Assembly (NCBI RefSeq): GCF_964204865.1
Contig: NC_135257.1
Span: forward strand, 17,112,001-17,176,000
DNA: 64,000 bases
Direction: 5' to 3'
DNA from: Styela clava
Lineage: Eukaryota
Shown here: positions 52,601 through 64,000 of the stretch, piece after piece
Layout: the number at the start of each line of letters is the position of its first letter
How positions within the stretch are numbered: position 1 is the first letter of the stretch
Translations under genes and position numbers: made by a program
Notes under the pieces: model-generated
Database searches by the model: none
What the model saw: only the letters and a program-made list of their open reading frames with translations
Told to the model about the DNA's origin: nothing

Positions 52601-53860
52601 AGGACACCTGAAGCAAGGCAGCATGTAGACATAATTGTATCGAAAATATTGATTTTTTCTAAATAATAGTCAAAGCATTTGCGCTTCACAAGACAAAAGC
52701 CAACAGTTAATAATTTCTTTACAATACTTCTCCAAATTTTTATCGTGAGAAAATTTGAAGTTTGATTTCAGTTTTCTATTCAAACATATTTAGAAATACT
52801 TTAATTTAAAAATACATTTCCACATCATATATTTGCTGATACATATTGAATTTTTAAAGCATAACAATAATCGAAGAAATAAAATAAATGAAATTTGTAC
52901 AGAAAATGTTAACGAATTTCAAAACCATATATTTCAATGAAGAAAAATTTTTGTTCACAGAAAGGTTTGGCGCTCCATAAGTATGTGCACCAAAATGGCG
53001 CACAACATTAACCCTAACGTGGTACACGTACTATGTTCAGGTTGTGCGTCATCTTGGTGAACATACTTATAGAGGTCCCATTTTATACATTGTCAAGGAA
53101 TACATAGCTTTATATACATAGCAAATACAAACATCAAGTGTAAGTTGAATCAAACAAGCTCACGAGTTTCTTCCGTAACAGATTTCCGGTGGTAAAGACG
53201 CGGCCTTTAATATGATTAAAGGCTCATGGTAACTCGAAGTTACATTTTGGTCGGAAATGTTTAGTGACCGCAAATAACAATTCCCGTCAAATTATCTACT
53301 AACACAAGTTTGAGTGTTAAAAAAAATTTCAGAAAATATTAGGATGAATGCTATTCATTACCAGACAAGATAGATTATTCTTGTAGTCAAGTATGATGTT
53401 GTTATTTGGCCAAGCATAATATATTGCAATGTACTCCGTAGTTTTGCCATCTCTGGCGCAATTTTCAATTGCATGCTTCTGGTGGAACAGACACGTTCTT
53501 GACATGATATTTTATAGATTTGTTGTTGTAAAGTAGAAGCAACGGATAACGTGGAATTCGAACCCATTGAGGTCACACTGACGTGAATACAACGCATTGT
53601 ATGTGGAGAAACTGTGAAATTTTAGCTTCGTAGTCATCTGTTGTTGATTGTGAATAAACTCGTAGTTCTTTCAGTCTTACATTTGTTTCATTTTAAAAAA
53701 TATTTCGGAAAGATCACCCAAAATAGCACTGGTAATTTTTTTAGGAAAGTCGTGTTTGAACAAAGGTCACGTGATACGCAAAATACTCCACCTAATATTC
53801 GACCTAATTTTATTTTATATATTTCCCTTCCTCCAAGCTCTCTGGAAAATAACGTATTGC
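43630..53860. repeat. Tandem array of ~5 diverged 2.1-2.4 kb units with a ~4.5 kb higher-order dimer
   Basis: Landmark CTGGTGTATA.AAAA.CGGAA.AATTCAA near 43665, 45691, 47747, 50187 and 52246; offsets 45456>49951 and 47515>52011 are 4495 and 4496 bp. Confidence 0.93.
44029..53078. mobile_element. Eight ~110-bp palindromic GG..CC MITEs with 8-bp TSDs (Merlin-like ends) inside the array
   Basis: Copies at 44029-44139 (TSD ACAAATAA), 45082-45191 and 49577-49686 (GATTATTC), 46413-46524, 48467-48578, 48833-48931, 50908-51019 and 52969-53078. Empty sites are visible in sister units. Confidence 0.85.
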
Positions 53861-54453
53861 ATAAGCGAATCAGATAACAATAATGATTCATTTTTTTTTC
53901 GTTTATATATGTAACTCCTGGCCTTTATATATTTGTCTGATATTTAAACACAACCACACATATTACTCTTTCTTATGGATTGTTTTCCAAAATACGTTTA
54001 TAGAATTAGTGTCTTTGCGGGGTTTTTTCACCTGTGGGTTTGGCTTGTTGACGATTGTGTCTTTGAACCACGATTTCACCAAATCCCGGTTTTCATGTTT
54101 CCTACTGGGGCAGATAAATTTTATGTAGTCCTCTTCCATACATGAGCGTCATCTCATTGTGTTGAGGCAGTTTATGCTGGATGTGTTATGTATGGATCCG
54201 GAGAAGACAGGTCTTACAGCGCGCCCCGTCTATGCCGAGGAAAGATGACAATTTGGCACGGTAGAAGTCGAAAACCCATGCTGCGATATAAATCTACATT
54301 CCTTCTTTAACAAGTTTGGCGATTTCGAGTCACAACCTACTCGTATTGCCCTAGTTAAAAAATTAAATTATTAGTCATCTGTATTTAGGCTATCAATTAT
54401 GGTGTTTGACTATAAAACAAAGTCCAAGTCGCGTCATAGCCCTTAAAAAAGCC

Positions 54454-54460
<7 letters not shown>

Positions 54461-54494
<34 letters not shown>
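54461..54494. repeat. (GA)n microsatellite
   Basis: Direct GA run. Confidence 0.9.
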
Positions 54495-54498
<4 letters not shown>

Positions 54499-55024
54499 TT
54501 TTTTCGTCAACCAAAATAAAATAACAGTCATCATAATGAAAAAATAATAACATGTAATAAAATAGTTTGGTATAGACATGAGGGAGTGATACGACTACAC
54601 GGTCATCAAAGTCATCTCCCCCCTTCACGCTATTATGTTTAAGATTCACAAATTCAGATGACTAAATATTATAGTGCAACATTCGAAAGACTTATATTCA
54701 CAAAATGAAAGAATAAAATTGGGGAGGGGAACCCCAAAGTAAATCAAAGTATATTATCCATCATTATTCAGGCTACCAAATATGGTGCTTGACTATAAAA
54801 CAAAGTCTAATACATCCTTGCCGCAACATATCCGTTGAATGAAGCCACGCACCGCACACCGCTTGGTTACATTCCTTAGTTTATCCGGATTTTTTTTGCG
54901 GTTGAAAATGTCGAATGTCACTTGTAGAACCTTTGTTAAAAATATTAAATCATTAAACATCAGTACTTAGGCTACCAATTATGGTGCTTTGCTATAAAAC
55001 AAAGTCCAACTAATACATCTATGT

Positions 55025-55343
55025 CAGTGGTTCTCACCCTTTTTTCTTTCGTGGCCCATTTTCGCTGCACAAAAGATCTCGTGGCCCATTAACTTTTAAT
55101 TGCAAGGTATAAACTACAACAAAAATCTAAATTTTTATTCAAAAATGGACGCTTTCCCATTTATTAATTAGAATAAAAATTACCATTCAGTAGCAGAAAA
55201 CAGCATCATCAATCGTTGGTACTACAATTAAAATTAAAGATAGTGATACGAACAAAACTAGCAATTCTTGATAGTTCTGTGGCCTCCTCAAAATCTTTCT
55301 GTGACCCAGCAGTGGGCTATGGCCCACTGGTTGAGAACTAGTG
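55025..55343. mobile_element. hAT MITE
   Basis: CAGTGGTTCTCA / TGAGAACTAGTG ends; perfect TSD ATCTATGT. Confidence 0.88.
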
Positions 55344-57765
55344 ATCTATGTTAAATAAAAATGGATTTTCAGTCAAGTTTGAAAGGCGTTAATTTAATTT
55401 CTGAATGTTCAATTTTATTGAGGGTTTCCACAACATTCCTAATACAAGAAACGGAACCCAAATAAATGCCTCAATGTATTCAATATAGTTGTATGTTTTA
55501 GCGTTAAGCGCCTTTAACTTCGTTGGCGTATTTCTGGAGGATATAAATAACAAAAGTTTGAAATTACTTTAATCTGGTTTGCAGTCTAATAGCTCAGAAG
55601 GTTTGCGGTTGAGTGTTGTGTAGTGGTGATTCCAGATAGTGGTAGAGGGTTGGGGGTTGGATATAGGTAGGTGAGATATAGGTAGTCCTAGTAGGATTAG
55701 ACACAGGGAGTTCAGGTAGGGTTCCTGCGTCGGATTGGCAACAGGAAAGTTGATAGGGGTAAAGGGGTTAGCACCTTTCCACCTATACCCATTCAGTGTA
55801 TTTTTTCACGAACTTCAACTATTCTTGTAACTTTATCACGTTGCGTTATCTTTGTATCGAATTGGTCATTATCAGTACCTGTAATTATTAGTATTTTAAA
55901 AGTACAACATACCGATATCAATATACCTACATTTGCGTATTTTTTGTGTGTTTGTTTCTGGCCCAAGCCTCGTTTAACAAGGTTTGTGTATCTTTTGTGA
56001 GTCTGTGGTAAATGATATTTTTGATGTTTTCAACATTTATAATGGTTCTGCTCGCTCTGCAGAATTTTTAATCTATGTATATTTTGGAGTTTTTAAACTA
56101 TTTATCTATATTTACAGAAAAATTTGTGGCACCAATAGGTATATGAATGAAACTATTTGGCTCCAGAAGTGGTTTGAACTAACGCCAAAAGTAAGGTTTC
56201 GTTTTTTATCAATTCTAAAAAAAACATCGTGTTTTAAAACAAGGGCTTGTTTCAAATCAATTTTTTTTCTGTATTTTTTGATTTTTTTTATATTGAAATA
56301 CCCTTTGCATCGCCGCGAAACTACGCCAAAACGTTGCATTCTGGCAGCTGCACACGTAGCCGGAATTGTAATTTCAAAAATGTAAGTGAAATTTTTTATT
56401 TTGACTTTTACCACTATTGTGTACATTTATCGCCACTTTATATCTCCACCAAAGTCATAAGATTTTACCCGGCAAGTGCAGCCCTTCGGCAAAATGAGTG
56501 GGTTGCGATAATGAAGAATAATATGCTTATATCGGCGGTAATCTACTGATATGAACGATGAGACACCCTAACCTAGCCAATTTTAATTGTAAGTCCTCTG
56601 ATGCAAAGGCGCCACAACTAATCTGTTATGACCCATAATATGGATTTCGAGGTCATGCTTTGTCATTTTTCTCATAAAACCAAGTCATTGTTACGGTTAA
56701 TACTGTTCGGTTAATTTGTGCTTATCATACTCTGTTTTTCAAGGTTAATACAAACTGATTTATTCGATCGCATTTCAATTTTCGCAAGGTGGTTTCATCG
56801 CAGCAGGGTCGTTCACGCAATGGCTTATCGGTTGCGTCTTACTGCGCCAACTACTGAACTACAGCTTGAGAAGGAGTGCATGAGCCTCTATCGATATTTG
56901 TGGCGTTTTGAAAGATTTATTGCAAATAAGTAGCGCTTGGCAAGTTTTTACATCCATTTTTCTTCAACCTATTTAATACAAAAAAATCAAATAGTACAGC
57001 TATTTTGAACAAAACAGGCAAAAAAAATGATTTAAAACAATTGTTTTAAAAAATTTTTTTTTTTTTTGAACAAATCCCTAGCCATAAGAAACTTTCAATT
57101 CAAAGATTTTGCAAGATCCAAACGTTGTCACATATTAAATTATAGGTCAAGCCGTGAGTGTGACTGAGGAGAAACGAAACCTGAATAATGCAGTCTACAG
57201 GGTTGAGATTTAAAGAACTCTGAAAGAAATAGGGCAAAGTAAGTGCCAATTATAAAATATCGCTTTATTTCAGAAATATTGGGTAGGGTCATTTTGGGTG
57301 TGGGTGTGTTGGATCATTTTTGTCATTTATTGAAAACATTATCAAATTTACAATATTTTGTATCACAATCACGTCGGATAGAATGGTGATTTAGTATTCG
57401 CTAACCCAACTTTATCAACAACTTGAATAAGCGATACTGATGGTGATACTCGTTTCCAAAATGTGTCCACGCGGAATCTTTCCAATATACAACGAGTTTC
57501 CAAATCAATATAGCCTACATTCAAACTTCATAAAACTAACTGAGTATGCAATTGTGAGTTTTTCTCCATTTGATAATATTAGTTGTCGTTTAACATTTTT
57601 TAGTTATATATATATATGCGCTACAGTGATTGCTATCTCAATATACAATATGAGAAAATAAATGGAAATCGTGCCGTTAAAAGTTTGAGATTTTTTTATC
57701 TGCTCTGCATATACGTAAAATTGTCTTTATGAACAGGAACGGTGGATAAAATTCATCATTCAAGT

Positions 57766-60700
57766 TTAGTAGACTAGATCATCTGGAACATCCAAAATTG
57801 TACGTTCGTACGACAAAATAGATTTTACATTCGTAAAAATCTTCATCTCCAACGTTGATTAGCATGCTACGAAGAAAAGTATGACTCATATTTTTCATTA
57901 AAAAAATTAAGATATATATTTTAGTGAACATTTAAAGCAAAAAAATGAATATATCTGATCTGTTTATTCGTCTATTTCGGAAGAAGTATCTATTTGGACA
58001 CGATAAGCCTAACTGATATATATATATATATATACTTTTTTCTCCTAGGATAAATCTTGAATTGTGGAGTTTTGCGAATTTTGGTTGTAAATTCCAAGTT
58101 TGAATCACTTTCTCTAAGTATAAGCCAGCGTTTTAAAGGATATGATACAAAACAATGCAAACTTTAAATTCATGACTGATGTACTTACGTAGATTACAAT
58201 TTACTCCTGTCCAACCTTCATCGCAGGTGCATACTTCGGTTTTGTAGGTCCCGTGAAGACAAACTAAATGTACAAAAAATAATATGTTACCACCTATACA
58301 GGGACATCTATATTTATAATATTGAAAGACGTATTATATAACTTCATATTTGTCAAAGCTTTTACACGCGGATTATTCAGCTATGTCCAACCCACAATAC
58401 TTACGTATGTCGCATGCAGGACCGTGCCAGTTTTCAAAACAGTAACATGATATTAATCCGAACTGGGGTTCTCCGTTTATGCAAGCTGTTATCAAAAAAA
58501 TAAATGTTAGTTTTGTTATCTTTTCTTTGATACGGTATTTTACTTATTCCGAATTCTTTACTTATAATAAATACATATAAATTTATTCTCAACATCTAAA
58601 ATTAACGATAATATATCGGTATCTCCCCTTTCCTTAAAACATTTCTTTATTGCTTCTCACGAAATAATGGCAACCCTTTCCTCATAGCAGTTAATTTTGA
58701 AAAAGACAGGTAAAATGGTTTTAAGATTTTACTTTGGTTAAATTACACATAATTTGAATTAAGATGTATGCAATCAACTTACGTACGATCATGTAACCTA
58801 AGTCGGGGCCCCAACTTGTTGTTGTTATTCCGTTTTGGGTGCTTCCAAAAAATGTTGGTACCTCAAAAAGTTGTCTGTAAACCACAGATCCACCTTCATT
58901 GGCTTTGTAAGAGATACGATGGAAATACGTTAGGAAGGATTCAAAGTTTCGGGACGAACTTCTCTTATGTATTAAAATTGCGAACAACAGTTTTTTTCGT
59001 TTAAAAAAAATGCACACACGCCGCACTAACGGCCTTTTATGCGCCTAAATTTAAGTCTGCTTTCTCATTGCATATATATATGTGAATATATACAATTGCG
59101 AGTTATCGTACATTTTATTTCAGTTTTGGATCTGAATATATATAATCTTTTAGTTGTTCTGGAAGGAGCTGAACCTAGAGGATTGTATTTTGTCACTTAG
59201 TATACCTTTTATTTTGCCATCGTGTATTGCAGCAGGACAAATTTGAGTACGTTGTGTGTATTGTCCAGTTCCCTGTAATTCGTTGAAGATGTATAAGTCA
59301 CAGTTTGCCGGACAGACAATAATTGTTGCGTAATTTGTGACCACATCCCCACCCACCATTAAACACATCGGCGGAATCACCACTAAATAAAAATAAATAG
59401 TTACAATGTGAATAAACTATGTATCTACCATTTAACAAGTAGTAACAAAACATGGATCTTTTGTAGAAAACGTCCGTCACCAATACAAAATGTGAGATTC
59501 AAATGATCAGGAACGGTTAGGAATGTTTTGAAAATTTGAATTTTTCGAGCAATCTGAATTCGTAACCCTAACTGGGTAATTACTAATTTTCTTATTTTGA
59601 GCATTGGCGGCGGTGTTTTTTTTTTGGCGGGGGTTTTGTACAAAAGATCCCAAATCCTCGCCGAAGCAAGAGTTATTTTTAGGAACTCCAGTTAGACGGA
59701 ATTCAATCAGTATTCACTACCACGTCGTTTTATACGATAAGTGTTATAGCCTCAGTATCACTTGGCACTGGCCGTAATTTTGCTTACAACCCAATTTTCC
59801 TTTATTTTTGAGTGAGTGCCCGTGACCCTGGTTTTATTAAATTTCCTAAAAGAGGGGGAATAAAAAATTCAAATTCGCTCAATTGCCATTACCCGTTTGG
59901 TTGACAGCGGTGCGCGCCTGAGATTAATTTTCTTTGCTTTTAAATGAGAGCGCGTGGATGGGCCTTGAGCAAATTCTATTAAAAAGCTGTATTGACATCT
60001 AAAGTAACTTACTGTTAAAAACAAATCCTGGATAAAAAGAATCCCAAGTTTCAGTGGTAACGCCATTTGCTGAATTTCCCTGGTAGGATCCGAGTCCCGG
60101 AGTTTTAACAACGACTAAACTTACGATAACTGGAAACAAGCAACACATGAATATTCGAAAGGGCTTAAAAGTAGAGATGTACCAATGTAGTGATATCGAC
60201 AAGATCGACCATTTGTCGGAATTGGTATTTGATCGGTATCGGATAAATGTAGACCGATATATTTAGGTTTTAATTAGATCAAAAAATTTTTAAAAAATAA
60301 GTCAGAATAAGGATGTTCAAATTTATTTTTCCGTGCAGGGATCATGTTCGTGGTGTTTGCTCCGTTTCAACCATGCTCGTCCCCGCACCCGCAAGTAGTA
60401 ACGGGAACAAAATTCTCATTACATGATAATTATGAAGAAATATATCAGTCGAATAAAAGTGGATTTTCCAATGCGTAAAATGCAAGGTAAGACGTTATAT
60501 TGACACAGTCCTGCGCACGCAACTCAATGAATCCGTTTGATAGGATAAGTAAACATTTATTTATTTTACCATTCTTTCTAGCCAAACCCTATCCATGAGT
60601 TTCCTAATTAAACACCGAGATTCCTAGCGTCGGTGCAAAATGCATCTGAGTCACAATTTATTGTTATCTGGAATATCTCTTTTCCAAGCTAAAATAATGT

Positions 60701-63700
60701 GCACTATGAATGATGCTCACAGGCTAATGTTTTACCGCCTGCCTTGCACACTTGAGGTAATAATAAAACAGTATCGGTATCGGTCTTTTGAAATATCGAT
60801 TTCGGCGTTTTTCGTTTGAACAAAAGTGGCATCGATACATGTCTACTTAAAGTGAATGAGAGGTCATATCGATGTATATTTTTCATTGCATTTTTCAATT
60901 ATTTGCTTCCAGAGTTTACCCGCCATATTATATGGGGTACTCCCGAAGTATGTGAACCAAGATGGCGGACACCGCAACGTAGTATGTGTACCAGGTTAGG
61001 GTTAGGCCATAATTTCAGGTACAAATACTATGGGAGTCACTTGGGTAGTCCCCGAACTCGTAATAGAACTAAAATAAGGAAAATTGGAATAAATTATGGT
61101 CTAACTAACCCTAACCTGGTACACATACTACGTTCGGTGTCCGCCATCTTGATTCACATATAGAGAGGACCTATTATATAATGTACGGTATAAACATGAT
61201 AAATGTAATGAATGCGTAGAAAAAGGTATAATATATATATTAATAATCTGTTTTATTGAAAAATAACCAATAAATATCAGAAGAATGCTAATGAGGGCTA
61301 ATAGCCAAAAGAATGTGAAATACCATTTTCTTCCTCCAGTAATCCGTGATGTAACGCTGCCGTACAAATCTGAGAATCTCTTGTATACTCCCCCGTTCCC
61401 CAGGCATCGCTGACAAATGTGTGGCAACCTCGAACACATGGGTATGTAAATACCTTTAAATCAATATCTTCCGCCACCGTTGTACAAGCCGGAGAAATGG
61501 TCCCTGTAAGCGTAATTTGCAAGGGAATGTTTATCATGACAATGAACTATTTTGGCCTCACCCCAATCTGGTACACACATTCTACGTTCCGGTGTTCGCC
61601 ATCTTGATTCCCATACTCTGGGAGTACCAGTATAATATATCATTTTTGTCCTAGGTAAGAGTAACGCTAATAGAACGGCTTGATCATACAGCCTCTCACC
61701 CGGTTGCCAGTCTATGCGGGTATGGGAAGTTTGTCAGTTATTTTCTTTTCAGATGCATAGACTTGATGAAGTCCAGCAACAATCCGCTCACACAAAACTA
61801 TCCCCCGTGGGATTCAAACCTGCGAACCCACGCGGCGTATTCAGAGGTGACAGGGCAAGTCTTATGTGCCATAAGCCTATATTCTGCAAAAAAAGATTCG
61901 TGTCTCATTTTTCTTGGTGATTTTATTGAAGACCGCACACGCATTCTGACTCCCATTAATTAAGCAGATTAACTTTCTTGAGTAATGGGAATTCTAGACA
62001 ATAATATATTTCATCGTCTGTTGTGATCTCGCTGCTTACATCTTTTAATGCTCGATACTTATAGCCTATCACAGTCAACTTTACGACCTCGGATGTGAAT
62101 GCAATGAATGCCGCAAATGTAATTACGTTTTCTGAAAATCGCGATAAGTCAAGCTAGCTGAACACTTTATTTCTGCAAGACTAAAGCAGATAACATATAA
62201 CTATATAGAAGTTTTTTTTGAGCATATGCAAGTAAGATTATCATAAAAGGGGAATATAAATATATATAAAGTTCGTTAGACAATAATTAAAACTTCAGAA
62301 CACATATATATAGAATTTAAAGAGCTTTATTTTCATTCTCCACTAGTTTATTTTTCATTTAATAATGATAACTTATATTTCGTTTTCTAAAGGATACAAC
62401 GTTTAGAAATTGATATCTCAACGGTTGACGTTTTAAATAGCTTGACAGCAGAACTATGAATTACATCAGCGATTATTTTTATCACAATTCATACTTACTG
62501 GAGAATGTGAAACTGTCGTAAGCACCGTTGTATGTTTGAGTCGTCACATCGTTTTGCTCTGATCCAGGAAATGATGATTCCCCTGTAGCTTTCTCAACCA
62601 CCACTGTTCCTCCGAATTCCTCTTTTGGAAACAAGATAATATAAATTTTGTGCTTCACAGATTACGCTACTAAATTTTGTCGATTTCTTGTCATCGGATG
62701 TATATAATAATTTTTTCCTTCAAGAAAGACGGAAGGAGCAAGTTTGTATAATCATCTCGAAGTATATGAACCAAGATGGCGGACACCGGAACGTAGTATG
62801 TGTACCAGGTTAAAGTCAGGCCATAATTTCAGGTCCAAATACTGCGGGAGTCACTTGGCTAGTCCCCGAACTCGTAATACACAAATATCGGAAATGCGTT
62901 TAACCATAGAAATAACATTCCGGTATAATCGTACAAACCTAATACGTTTGAATCAATCTCTCCGGTAAAATACAGAATGTATAATTTTTCAGTACAGGTA
63001 TATAACATATATACATGAAGTCAATATAAAGAAATACCATATATACCTGTTATTCGCTCATCGTGAATAGCAGCCGCACAAATAAGAGAGTCTATAGTAT
63101 ATGGCGCAGATCCGTAAACTCCGAGAACATTTCCAGTAAAACAACCAGGAGGGCAGGTGAAAGTAAAAACATTCCGTGAAATTGATTCAGCGGTTTTATC
63201 ACAGCCCGCTGGTTGTAGAGTTGGTACTGCTGATCCAGTTGGTCCAGCTACAGAATGTTACGAAATATTTTGTTTGTGTATGTGCTCGTTTGATCTAAAA
63301 GCAACATAGACGACCGACCGAATCATTTCTGGGCCATTTTCACAATATACGGAAAATATACTGCGTATACGTATACCACACTTTTTTCTGACGAATAAAA
63401 GTAATTTTCTGCGAAGAAATGGGAAAATAATGTACGTGTATCTCCCACAGCCGTCCTATACATGAATTCCTACAAACCCCTAACCAGTGTTCCCTCTAAG
63501 GTGTGCGCGTGTGCGCGCGCACACAGCTTTCCGAGGCTGCACACATGCATAGATTTACTGCGCACAGACGTATTTCGATGTAATGTAACAATGTGCTCGG
63601 TTGGCAGGTTGAGAAAGTTTGTTGTTGGCCCACTTATTACCCGGTTAGAACGCCAAAATTTCTTCATCGGTTTTTGCACAAATATTAGTCATTTCCAAAA

Positions 63701-63937
63701 AATTGCGCACACACCAAAATTTCTGCGCACACATACTACAAAAAATTAGAGGGAACATTGCTCCCAACCCTTGTTGTAAATAAGAAATTCGCTACTCTAG
63801 GGAAATGCTCATAATTGTTAGTTTCTATTTCTTCAAGAATATTTATTCAAATAAATGTATTCAAAAAATAAATAAAAAGCCCGAAATAGTTTGCTATTTG
63901 TCTATCCTCACTTACATCTAGAAAGAATCAAGAAAAT
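57766..63937 (-). CDS. Multi-LCCL-domain protein with two C-terminal EGF-like repeats (5'-incomplete)
   Basis: Phase-1 exons 63247-63047, 62621-62499, 61503-61324, 60129-60013, 59382-59206 and 58902-58783 encode three LCCL domains (e.g. CPPGC...VYGS..YT.DS.IC.AAIHD). 58485-58405 and 58263-58189 are EGF-like (CxC..xW.G..C). Probable last exon 57782-57766 (HDLVY*); tentative 22-nt exon 63937-63916 (IFLILSR). Confidence 0.85.
60934..61171. mobile_element. Longer member of the GG..CC MITE family (fragments at ~61555-61628, ~62755-62880, ~16285-16478)
   Basis: Inverted arms TATGTGAACCAAGATGGCGGACACCG; perfect TSD TATTATAT. Confidence 0.88.
63485..63760. mobile_element. hAT MITE
   Basis: TIR CAGTGTTCCCTCTAA / TTAGAGGGAACATTG; near-TSD CCCCTAAC / CTCCCAAC. 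Confidence 0.85.
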
Positions 63938-64000
63938 CTAAATTTTTAAACATGATATATATCTACAAGATAGATCGAAAACAAATAAACAATCAAGTTT

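Noticed and set aside
55780-56060. Exon-like pair on the minus strand (..KKYANV G|TDNDQFDTK..)
   Set aside because: In-frame stop, no homology recognised, and no linkable upstream exons.

Overview
AT-rich eukaryotic (animal) genomic DNA with short GT-AG introns and dense transposon content. Gene and repeat style looks tunicate-like, but this is inference only. All genes are on the minus strand: an intronless TANGO2/NRDE gene (1723-2577); an 8-exon type II transmembrane C-type lectin (13494-18912); a secreted collectin-like gene with 5 coding exons (38841-41814); and a 5'-incomplete gene with 3 LCCL and 2 EGF-like domains (57766 to about 63937). The two lectins have unrelated N-termini but identical neck+CTLD protein, encoded in a ~7 kb duplicated block whose lectin-coding part is nearly identical while its flank has diverged. 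The second copy of the block is split by a 13.4 kb long-TIR element (20990-34415). That element carries decayed Ulp1-like and SprT-like protease fragments, ~200-bp repeats and a 30-bp satellite, and a Gypsy LTR retrotransposon with a SAM-like Gag N-terminus has inserted into the satellite. A ~10 kb tandem array of ~2.1-2.4 kb units (43630-53860) contains a repeated ~41-codon ORF. Many hAT MITEs, GG..CC MITEs, Helentron-type elements and SINEs are scattered through the window. Exon models and domain calls were made by eye, without database searches.
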